NCBI GenBank assembly: GCA_947626515.1
Contig: CANQSL010000003.1
Span: 2,028 to 66,027 of the forward strand
Direction of reading: 5' to 3'
DNA length: 64,000 nucleotides
Source of the DNA: an uncultured Bacilli bacterium
GTDB lineage: Bacteria; Bacillota_I; Bacilli_A; RF39; UBA660
Of the stretch, positions 40,422 to 48,951 are shown piece by piece. How positions within the stretch are numbered: the stretch's first letter is position 1; every line of letters starts with the position of its first letter. Both the position numbers and the translations under genes were made by a program. Below the pieces are notes generated by a model. It was not told the DNA's origin. It did no database searches and saw nothing but the letters and a program-made list of their open reading frames with translations.

Positions 40422-41666
40422 TTAACTATTATTCCATCCCATTATTTTTATTAATCTTTTATTAGGATAAACATAACCTTGTAAAGGATAGTTTTCTATA
40501 TTAATAGTATTAGAGTTTACTAATAAATCTAATATAAGATCTTTTTTCTTTATATTGCCAACAACTACTAACGTATGATTCCAACTATCATTATATCCAA
40601 CTTGTGTAATATCTCCAATTTCTCCTGAAAATATATTTGCATCTGTTATAGCACATAATCCAAATCCACTATTATTTTTTGCATATTGATAAAATTTAGA
40701 TACACCTGTCCACGAAGAGGATCTTCCTTTCTTTTCATTGCTTTCTATAATTTCAGTTCCATAATGTTTCCATTGTTCATCTCCTGAACCGATTATATCC
40801 ATAGGAATACCACCGTTATAAATTACTTGAGATGCAAAATTTTGACAGTTACCACCATATTCATCATATACTGCCCATTCTTTATTTCTTGTTGTTATAT
40901 ACTTTTTTGCATATTGTAAAGCTTTTTCTCTATCATATTTATTATCGCATTTAAAAGAAGGAATACCTTCTTTTAAAAACTCTTCTTGAGATTTTTTTAA
41001 ATTTTCAAATTCTAAATCAATAGTATCTTTATAATTTTTTAATAAGTTTTCAATATCTTTATCACTTTTAATATTATCTAATTCATTTGTAAACATAATA
41101 TAATAATCTTGTACTTTTCTAATACTTTCTATCTTGTATTCATTACCTTTTTTTATAAATGTAAATGTATTAGTTATACCACTAGCTTTTGAAGTTATAT
41201 CTTTCATAAATTTAAAATTAAAAGTATCGTTTTCTTTAAATTCAACAATTACATTATTTTCTTCTTTTTTTACATCAGTTATCTCTATTTCATAGCTGCC
41301 ATTAGATAAAGACATATCATTTAAAGCTTTACTTCTAGAATAAAGCAATAACTCTATAGCAGACTTATTAATTTTACTTTCTAATTCATTATCAAATAAA
41401 TACGACATATCTTCTAATTTTAATGTATATAAAGATTTATAATACTTATCCATATAATCAACAATAATATCTTTTATTTTTTCATCCACTTTATTACTAT
41501 TTTGTATATTATTTAAAAATGTTTTAGGAATAGAATCATTAATTATATTTTTATCTTCTTCTTTTTTTATATTTTTTAAAACTAATATAATAATAACAAT
41601 AACTATAATTGTTAAAATAATTTTTACTTCTTTTTTTAATCTTAATTTCATACTTCCTCTATTCAT
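40422..41666 (-). CDS. membrane-anchored protein with C-terminal putative amidase (NlpC/CHAP-like, Amidase_6-type) domain
   Basis: N-terminal TM helix (KIILTIIVIVIIILVL). The C-terminus has YDREKALQYAKKY..., YGGNCQNFASQVIYNGGIP as the Cys nucleophile context, and WNHTLVVVG as the His context. Confidence 0.55.
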   Translation of the reverse strand: MNRGSMKLRLKKEVKIILTIIVIVIIILVLKNIKKEEDKNIINDSIPKTFLNNIQNSNKVDEKIKDIIVDYMDKYYKSLYTLKLEDMSYLFDNELESKINKSAIELLLYSRSKALNDMSLSNGSYEIEITDVKKEENNVIVEFKENDTFNFKFMKDITSKASGITNTFTFIKKGNEYKIESIRKVQDYYIMFTNELDNIKSDKDIENLLKNYKDTIDLEFENLKKSQEEFLKEGIPSFKCDNKYDREKALQYAKKYITTRNKEWAVYDEYGGNCQNFASQVIYNGGIPMDIIGSGDEQWKHYGTEIIESNEKKGRSSSWTGVSKFYQYAKNNSGFGLCAITDANIFSGEIGDITQVGYNDSWNHTLVVVGNIKKKDLILDLLVNSNTINIENYPLQGYVYPNKRLIKIMGWNNS

Positions 41667-41793
41667 TATTTTAATAAAATTGAAATTAATTTATTTAGAT
41701 AGAAATATTACAAAAGTAATATCAAATTATTGATTTCATTAAAATTTTATATATTTTAAACACTTTAAATATAATATATTCTTATATTTAAAG

Positions 41794-43560
41794 TCAATTA
41801 TTTCTTTTTAATCCATAAATCATTATTATAATATATACTGGTAATAAATAATATTCTGCAAGACCATATCTAGCCCAATAATAATAAGGTGTTGCAATTA
41901 ACAATGAAAATATAACTCCTAAACTAGGTGCAAGTGCAATAATCCATTTTTTATTATTAAATATTATTAATAGAATACAAATTAAAAATATGCACCAATT
42001 TATTATTGGTAAACTTATAAATGAATCTCTAGTAGTAAATATTTTAGTAAAGTCAAAATATTTATTTTCAAGAAAATTTTTCTTTTTTATACCATAAGAT
42101 TCTCTATCTATTTTGTTTAAATCACCAATAACAATATTATAAGTATCTTGATTTAAATCCCATTTATTAAATGCCCAATATCCATAAGTTGTAAGTCCCC
42201 ATCCTTGAATATATTTATATGGATTTTTTATTAGTAAACTTAAATAAGTTTTAAAGAATAGTGGCTTGTTATTATCAATATATTTAATATCAAAGTCCCT
42301 ATCCCACTTTAGCAAATCAACTACGCAAGGTCTGTAAGTTTCTTTATATTTATATATCGGCAACATATTATTTAATACTTCATATTCTTTTTCGTTTATA
42401 TTGCCATCATTAACAACAGTACTTGCCATTTGTTGTAATAAAACCGGTATACTCTCTGCAAAAGATTCTTTTATATTATATTTTTTATATATAGGAGATA
42501 ATATTCCTAAATAGATAAAAACCATTGTAGTACAAAAAATTATCAAAGTTCTTTTTTTAAAGTTCAATTTAATGAATATAATAGATATTAATGTAAATAA
42601 AACTACAAAGAAACCATTATTCCTAAATAATATTATTAATAAAAGCAATACTATATTTTTTAATAAAAACAAATAATTATTTAATAACTTTCCATTTGTT
42701 ATAATACAATCTATTAAACACAAAGTCCATAACATAATCGATATAGACCAAATAGGATCTCTCCATAAAGTAATAGTTTGATTTGCATAAAAAGGAACTA
42801 ATCCAAACATTAATATTATAAATATACATACTTTTTTTGATACTCCTTTATTTTTTAACCAACATATTAAATAACTTAGAGAAAACGCTAAATAAATCAT
42901 TTGTATCAAAGTATATATTGCTATTCCAATAGTAATATCTTTTTTTAATAAAGTTGCTAAATTTATACAAAAACTTAAGAAAAAAGTATATAATACAGTA
43001 TAATGATTACTTAATCTAGCGTATCCTAAAACTTGTTTAATACTATTTATAGAGTCAGCAAATATGAAGCCTGGATAATATATTAAAAAATATGGCAACC
43101 ACATAATAAATAATAATAGTGCTATTAAAAATACGTATTTTATTTTAGATACACCAATATTATTATTTAATTTAATTTTTTTAGTATATTTTTTTAATAA
43201 ATAAATTATAAAATTTTCTATATTATAATTACTTATAACAAGAGGTATAAAACCTATAAAATCTATAATTTTAAATTTTTCCATATAATTATATGTATAA
43301 GTTCCATAATATCCTGAAGCAGTTATAACTAATTTAGATCCCAATATTAAAAAGAAAGAAAATGCTATAGCAAAAATAGTTAACATAATTTTGTCAAATT
43401 TATTATTTTTTATATTTTTTACTCTTAAATATTTATCTAAATAAAGAAAGGCAAAAAATACTACTAAATACAATATCTTACTATTAGAATTATAAAACAT
43501 ATATTTTGTAAAAAATATACCACTTAAAATTATAAAGATATAATTAACTATTTTTTTCAT
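41794..43560 (-). CDS. polytopic membrane protein, candidate GT-C-like glycosyltransferase (paralogue 2)
   Basis: About 11 TM helices, with the conserved first-loop motif WLPYFLIYYPGFIFADS and a later WRDPIWS. A ~150-aa extracytoplasmic domain and 2-3 C-terminal TM helices follow. It is collinear with 43566-45323. Confidence 0.55.
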   Translation of the reverse strand: MKKIVNYIFIILSGIFFTKYMFYNSNSKILYLVVFFAFLYLDKYLRVKNIKNNKFDKIMLTIFAIAFSFFLILGSKLVITASGYYGTYTYNYMEKFKIIDFIGFIPLVISNYNIENFIIYLLKKYTKKIKLNNNIGVSKIKYVFLIALLLFIMWLPYFLIYYPGFIFADSINSIKQVLGYARLSNHYTVLYTFFLSFCINLATLLKKDITIGIAIYTLIQMIYLAFSLSYLICWLKNKGVSKKVCIFIILMFGLVPFYANQTITLWRDPIWSISIMLWTLCLIDCIITNGKLLNNYLFLLKNIVLLLLIILFRNNGFFVVLFTLISIIFIKLNFKKRTLIIFCTTMVFIYLGILSPIYKKYNIKESFAESIPVLLQQMASTVVNDGNINEKEYEVLNNMLPIYKYKETYRPCVVDLLKWDRDFDIKYIDNNKPLFFKTYLSLLIKNPYKYIQGWGLTTYGYWAFNKWDLNQDTYNIVIGDLNKIDRESYGIKKKNFLENKYFDFTKIFTTRDSFISLPIINWCIFLICILLIIFNNKKWIIALAPSLGVIFSLLIATPYYYWARYGLAEYYLLPVYIIIMIYGLKRNN

Positions 43561-43565
43561 AAAAT

Positions 43566-45323
43566 TTACTCCTTTTTAAAAGCATAAATTAATATTAAGA
43601 CATATACAGGTAAAAGATAATATTCTACGAGTCCATATCTTTGCCAATACGCATTTGGACTTGCTATAAATAATGAAAATATTACTCCTAAGCTCGGTGC
43701 TAAACTTATAAGAAATTTATAATTTTTCTTTATAATTAAAACTAAACATATAAAGAATATAAACCAATTTACTATACTTAGGCTTATAAATGTATCATCA
43801 ATTATAAAAATCTTTTTTAAATCAATAAATTTATTTTTTAATAAATCTTTTTCTTTAACATTTAAGTTGCTATGTGATAATTGGTTTATATCACCAAATA
43901 AAATATTGTTATTAACATTATTTAGTTCCCAATTATTAAACGCCCAATATCCATATGTTATAAGGCCCCAAGATTTTATATATTGAACAGGATTTTTTAC
44001 TAATAAGCTTAAATAAGTTTTAAAAAATAAATCTTTGTTTTCTTTTATATAATTATCATTAAAACTTGAATTCCATTTTAAAGTATCAACTATACATGGT
44101 CTATATACATCATAATATAGATATATTGGAGTAATTTTATTTAAAACTTCTAATTCTTTTTCATCAATATTTCCTTTATTAACTACTACACTTGCCATTT
44201 GTTGTAAAGGAACACCTAAACTATCTGAATAAGCTTCTTTTAAATTATAACGCTTGTATATTGGTGAAAGTATTCCCAAATATAAAAATACTCCTAAAAA
44301 ACATAGTAATGTCAAAACTTTAACATTAAATTTTATTGCCTTAAATATTTTTAAAATTATTAAAATAAGAAATGTAACAAGTATAACAAAGAAACCATTA
44401 TTTCTCGATAAAATAATTAATATAATCAATAATATATTTTTTAAAATAAATTTTATATTAAAAATTTCTTTATTATAAATACAATAATCTATTAATAGTA
44501 ATGTCCATAACATAACTGATATAGAAAATATTGTATCTCTCCACATTATTATTGTTTGAACTGCAAAGAAAGGAACTATTCCAAAAAGTAAGGTTATAAA
44601 AGTACATATCTTTTTATTTATTCCTTTGTTATTTAACCAATTTATTAAATAAGAAATTCCAAAAGCACTATAAATCATTTGTATTATCGTAGTTACTGCA
44701 ATAGCATTTGTTAAATTATTATTACACATATCTATTACAAATTTAAAATATAATGAATAAAAATAAGAAAAGTGATTGTTAAGATTTCCACTTAATGCTT
44801 GGTATAATGTAGAATTGCTATCTGCAATAACTATTCCAGGATAATAAATTAAAAAATAAGGTAACCACAATACAAATAAAACCAACATCAATAAAAATAT
44901 CTTTTTTATTTTATTGTTAAATAATGATTCTTTTAATTTTATTTTATTTAAAATTTTCATTTTATATATTATGTATTTTAAAATAAAATATATATCTGTA
45001 CATATAAATATTGCTCCATATAAATCTATTAATAAAAAATCTTTTATATAATTAACTAAATAATTCCCTTGTCTAAAACTAGCTTCTATATTAAGTTTAT
45101 AACCTAAAATTATAAAAAAAGTAAAGATTAATGAAAACATAAGTAATAAAATTTTACTTCTATTGTCCATCTTTATTTTCCATGCTTTTTTAATTAAAAA
45201 AATTAGTAAGAAAGATATTATCAATGATAAATAAAATCCACAATTTATTCTAAAATAAATAGTAAAGAACAAACCGTTTATTAATCCTAATAAATATAAT
45301 AAAAACAACATTATTCTTTTCAT
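43566..45323 (-). CDS. polytopic membrane protein, candidate GT-C-like glycosyltransferase (paralogue 1)
   Basis: Same architecture as paralogue 2, with WLPYFLIYYPGIVIADS, WRDTIFS and shared blocks (LGILSPIYK.YN.KE, LQQMAS.VVN.GNI.EKE, YRPC.VD.LKW, APSLGVIFSL). Confidence 0.55.
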   Translation of the reverse strand: MKRIMLFLLYLLGLINGLFFTIYFRINCGFYLSLIISFLLIFLIKKAWKIKMDNRSKILLLMFSLIFTFFIILGYKLNIEASFRQGNYLVNYIKDFLLIDLYGAIFICTDIYFILKYIIYKMKILNKIKLKESLFNNKIKKIFLLMLVLFVLWLPYFLIYYPGIVIADSNSTLYQALSGNLNNHFSYFYSLYFKFVIDMCNNNLTNAIAVTTIIQMIYSAFGISYLINWLNNKGINKKICTFITLLFGIVPFFAVQTIIMWRDTIFSISVMLWTLLLIDYCIYNKEIFNIKFILKNILLIILIILSRNNGFFVILVTFLILIILKIFKAIKFNVKVLTLLCFLGVFLYLGILSPIYKRYNLKEAYSDSLGVPLQQMASVVVNKGNIDEKELEVLNKITPIYLYYDVYRPCIVDTLKWNSSFNDNYIKENKDLFFKTYLSLLVKNPVQYIKSWGLITYGYWAFNNWELNNVNNNILFGDINQLSHSNLNVKEKDLLKNKFIDLKKIFIIDDTFISLSIVNWFIFFICLVLIIKKNYKFLISLAPSLGVIFSLFIASPNAYWQRYGLVEYYLLPVYVLILIYAFKKE

Positions 45324-45325
45324 AA

Positions 45326-45613
45326 TTAATAACCTATTAATTGAAAATTAACTATATTTTCGTTAGCTAAATCTACAAAATTTTCTATTTTATCTATTTT
45401 ACTTTTTATTGTATCTAAACTATCATAAAAAATATATGGTTTATATTTTAATATATCTTTTATATTTGAAATTCCTATATTTAATAAATATTTAATAATA
45501 TTTTCTATATTCTCTTGATTATTCAAAAATTCTTCATAATCTAAATCGTCTAAATTTTCTTTAATATCTATTATATCTAAATCTGTTAAATTATATTTTT
45601 TAAGATAATCCAT
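45326..45613 (-). CDS. hypothetical 95-aa helical protein carrying an mTERF-like repeat motif
   Basis: Tightly coupled within the operon: 2 nt from the next gene and a 14-nt overlap with the previous one. IIKYLLNIGISNIKDILKYKPYIFYDSLDTIKSKIDKI resembles a single mTERF-type helical repeat. Confidence 0.5.
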   Translation of the reverse strand: MDYLKKYNLTDLDIIDIKENLDDLDYEEFLNNQENIENIIKYLLNIGISNIKDILKYKPYIFYDSLDTIKSKIDKIENFVDLANENIVNFQLIGY

Positions 45614-45902
45614 AATTTACCTCCAATCCAATAGTTTCTTTTATAAAATCTAAAGTAGATTGATTTATATACGAATTATATAAAATACTAAATAGTAAAG
45701 CATTTTTTGGTTCTATACCTTTTTTTATTAAAATATTATAATTTCTCAAAACTTTATATCTAGATATTACAGTATCTTTAAACTTATAAATATATTTATT
45801 ATTTGGAATTCTATTATTACTTTCCAAAGATTCTATATATTTATCTTCTAATATATTTTCATCAAACATATACTCTAAATCACTACTATAAATAATATCC
45901 AT
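45600..45902 (-). CDS. hypothetical 100-aa helical protein
   Basis: In-operon ORF. LIKKGIEPKNALLFSILYNSYINQSTLDFIKETIGL loosely repeats the motif seen in its neighbours. Confidence 0.45.
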   Translation of the reverse strand: MDIIYSSDLEYMFDENILEDKYIESLESNNRIPNNKYIYKFKDTVISRYKVLRNYNILIKKGIEPKNALLFSILYNSYINQSTLDFIKETIGLEVNYGLS

Positions 45903-45931
45903 ACATAAATTATAATTTGGAATTTCCGTTT

Positions 45932-47392
45932 CTAAATTAGCAAAATTTTCGTTTTTAAAATCTCATTAACAAAATCTTCTTCAGTATCTAATTTTAATCC
46001 ACAATATTTTTTTGTTACATCATTTTTTATATACCCATCAAATTTATTTGAGAAAATGTTAGAATAATATTCATTATAATTTAAATCTTGCTTTAACTTG
46101 TATAATAGTAATATTATTTGATCTTTAAAAGTTCCTAAAGCAGAAGGATACCTATTAATATAGTTTGAATTTGGATAAGTATCTGCATATTCACTATGTA
46201 GTAGTCCTAATTCAATAAATTGATCTAAACTATCTAAAGCATTAGAAAAAGTTAGAGCAGATGTAGGAAAGCTTTCGCCATCTTCTAATATTCCATAATA
46301 TTTGTAAATATTATAATTATTAACTATTTTATAGTGTGGAGTTTTTAAAGCTTTTACGTTATCTTTTCTAGCTAAAGAAGCAGATAATCCTTTAGAATTA
46401 ATAAATGTTTCATTCAATTTCATCTCATCATATGAAATCATATATGCTTCACTTCTCAAAGTTCTTTTTACATCATTTTCTTTTGATATATTATTTCTTT
46501 TTTGTCTACCTTTATATTCTTTATTTTTTTGATTTATCCATATATTTGGAGTTTTGAAATAAAAATCAATTAACTCTCTATTATTAATTAAATATTCTAA
46601 TCTACTATTAATAGTATCTACATCTCCATATAAAGATATAATAATTAATACTCTAGGTGGAAATTTATTAATAATCCTTCTTTGAGTTAAATACTCTAAT
46701 ATACTTATTGACTTTTCTAAATCTATATATTTTAAAACTTCATCACTATTTTTTGTTAATTCATCTATTACTTCTTCTCTTTTATCGTATTTAGAATATA
46801 AATTTTTTAATGTATTTAAATCAACTTTCTTATTTTTTTCTATATTATCATTATAATTTTTTATACTTATTAATAAATTAAGTTTATCATTAAAATCCAT
46901 ATCTTCTATTAAATTAAATAAATAAGAAAAATCATCTTTATCTAATATTTCATTATCTTCAAATTTTTGATTGATACTTTCTAATTTTATTATTTCATTT
47001 TCCATATCTTCTATATTAAATATAGAATCATTTTTTAACTTTCTTTTTAATTTATCTCTATAAGATTTTAATTCATTTAAAAAGTATTCTATAAAGGATT
47101 TTTGTGTATCAGTTAAAGATATTACAAAATCATTCATTTTAATAGCTTTACATACTATTATCAATTTATTTAATAATGTTTTATATTCTTCTTTGTTTTC
47201 TTCTTTAAATATATTTTTTAATGTATCATCATCAATTTCTATATCTGCTAAATTACTAATATCTTCTTCTAAATGATTTATCGAATCATTTAAAAGATTA
47301 ACTTTATTCTTTTGAGAAGGAATATTACCTAATTCAAAATATTTTTTCTCTAATTTTTTTAATCTTTTCGCTATTACATTTTTTATATTCAT
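45932..47392 (-). CDS. hypothetical 486-aa helical-repeat protein
   Basis: The ATG at 47392 lies 2 nt after the stop of the HTH gene; the track start at 47404 is a GTG. The N-terminal half is coiled-coil-like. The C-terminal half contains EYLTQRRIINKFPPRVLIIISLYGDVDTINSRLEYL, which shares Y.D..DTI.S[KR][IL] with the 95-aa protein. Confidence 0.55.
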   Translation of the reverse strand: MNIKNVIAKRLKKLEKKYFELGNIPSQKNKVNLLNDSINHLEEDISNLADIEIDDDTLKNIFKEENKEEYKTLLNKLIIVCKAIKMNDFVISLTDTQKSFIEYFLNELKSYRDKLKRKLKNDSIFNIEDMENEIIKLESINQKFEDNEILDKDDFSYLFNLIEDMDFNDKLNLLISIKNYNDNIEKNKKVDLNTLKNLYSKYDKREEVIDELTKNSDEVLKYIDLEKSISILEYLTQRRIINKFPPRVLIIISLYGDVDTINSRLEYLINNRELIDFYFKTPNIWINQKNKEYKGRQKRNNISKENDVKRTLRSEAYMISYDEMKLNETFINSKGLSASLARKDNVKALKTPHYKIVNNYNIYKYYGILEDGESFPTSALTFSNALDSLDQFIELGLLHSEYADTYPNSNYINRYPSALGTFKDQIILLLYKLKQDLNYNEYYSNIFSNKFDGYIKNDVTKKYCGLKLDTEEDFVNEILKTKILLI

Positions 47393-47394
47393 TA

Positions 47395-47589
47395 TCAACA
47401 CCACTCAATCAATAAATTATAAGTTTTAAAATAAAATAAATATTCATCTTCATTATTTTTAAACAAATCAATAAATTTGTTTAAACTTACACCTAGTTCA
47501 AATGATAATTCTTCTAAATCAACATTTTTTTGTTTAATTAATTCTAAACAATCAACTTTGATATTATTACATAATTTTCTAATATCCAT
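47395..47589 (-). CDS. 64-aa putative helix-turn-helix protein (candidate antitoxin/regulator)
   Basis: VDLEELSFELGVSLNKFIDLF has an XRE-like HTH pattern. Its start overlaps the upstream gene by 11 nt (GGCTATGGATATTAG). Confidence 0.45.
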   Translation of the reverse strand: MDIRKLCNNIKVDCLELIKQKNVDLEELSFELGVSLNKFIDLFKNNEDEYLFYFKTYNLLIEWC

Positions 47590-48859
47590 AGCCTACACCT
47601 TTAAGTTTACTCTCTAATGTATTCATTAAATTTTCTTGTAAAGATTTATCATATGTATTGTTTTTTATATCATTTATAATTTTTAATATATTATTTTCGT
47701 ATTTGTTTATTATATAATTAGTTTCATCAAATATTTTCTTTCTAGGTCCTATTGCAAGTATTAATAGATGTTTATCATCTATATTCATATATGAACAAGA
47801 AACTAAAGATGAACTTCTAATATAAATTTTATTTTTAAAAGTTTTATTATCTGTCTGTAAAACTTTATTTTTTAAATCATTTTGTCCAAGTTTCATATTA
47901 TTTAATAATGATATAGTATTTTTTTTAAAATTAGCATCCATATCTTCTATATCAAATAATAAATTTTGATTATTAGTAGCAAATACTAAATTTTTATATT
48001 CTTCTGCAACTTCATTCGGTTTATTTAAATCTTTCATTTGTTTAATAAACTTTATATCTTCATTAATATAATCTATTAAAATATCTATAATAACTTTGTC
48101 TGGTTTATCTGAATTTATTTCTTCTTCTAATTGTTTCTTATCCTCAATTAATTTAAATAAATATATGTCTAATTTATCCTCATCATATTCAATAGTAGTA
48201 TTTGTATCTTTTATAAATTTTCCTATTGATAATGCATAATTAATTTGTCTACTTGTCTTAGTTGATATTCTATCATAAAAGAAAGTGATTAATTCATTGG
48301 CTTCCTCTCTTAATTTATTACATTTATCTAAAACAAAACTATCTATATTCTCTTCTTTTTTTATAACTGTATCTTTACAACTATTAAATGCTAAATAAGC
48401 AACTAATGATAGTTTATCTTCATCTTGAAAATGTATTATTTCCATTATAGATAAAACTTCTTTAATTTCTAAATTATTTGATACAGCATTATTAAGTTTA
48501 TTTATTTGACTAATTATATTCTCTTTTTCACTTAATAAATTATCTTTTTCTTTTATTAAGCTTTTAACATTTAAAGCAATAGTTTCTAAAGATAAAGAAA
48601 CTTGTTCTATATCAGTAACATTCATATTATAAAAATAATTTAAAAGTTTTAAATTTTGTTCCAACATTGGAAAAGTATTTCTAAATAATTCTATATTTGT
48701 ACAAATATTTTCTATATTAATAGTCATTCCTTCTAATTTAGATATAGTATCTAATTTTTTATTTGTATTATCTATTTGTTTTTCTAATGTTTTTATTTTA
48801 TGTGAAATCATTTTTAAATACTTATTTAAAGAAGCTTCACCTAATTCTTTTTTATACAT
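47579..48859 (-). CDS. coiled-coil protein with C-terminal RelE/ParE/Gp49-like domain
   Basis: The C-terminal ~110 aa read NLVFATNNQNLLFDIEDMDANFKKNTISLLNNM...KNKIYIRSSSLVSCSYMNIDDKHLLILAIGPRKKIF. This follows the RelE/ParE pattern (..f...a.kdl..l......i...i..l...lyrlRvgdyRviY.idd..lvIL.ighRk.iY). I prefer the ATG at 48859 (GGAAGTGA RBS) over the ATG at 48874, which has no RBS. Confidence 0.5.
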   Translation of the reverse strand: MYKKELGEASLNKYLKMISHKIKTLEKQIDNTNKKLDTISKLEGMTINIENICTNIELFRNTFPMLEQNLKLLNYFYNMNVTDIEQVSLSLETIALNVKSLIKEKDNLLSEKENIISQINKLNNAVSNNLEIKEVLSIMEIIHFQDEDKLSLVAYLAFNSCKDTVIKKEENIDSFVLDKCNKLREEANELITFFYDRISTKTSRQINYALSIGKFIKDTNTTIEYDEDKLDIYLFKLIEDKKQLEEEINSDKPDKVIIDILIDYINEDIKFIKQMKDLNKPNEVAEEYKNLVFATNNQNLLFDIEDMDANFKKNTISLLNNMKLGQNDLKNKVLQTDNKTFKNKIYIRSSSLVSCSYMNIDDKHLLILAIGPRKKIFDETNYIINKYENNILKIINDIKNNTYDKSLQENLMNTLESKLKGVGYGY

Positions 48860-48951
48860 AAAATCACTTCCCATATTTTATATAAATTATATCATAAAAT
48901 AATATCTATTTCTATATTTAAGTGTTATAATTTTTTTAAGAGGTGACTTTG

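Noticed and set aside
41667-41793. Hairpin ATATTAC/GTAATAT as a terminator between the operon and the amidase gene
   Set aside because: The stem is a 7-bp A/T-rich pairing with only a weak T tract after it. That is not sufficient in a genome where such palindromes arise by chance.
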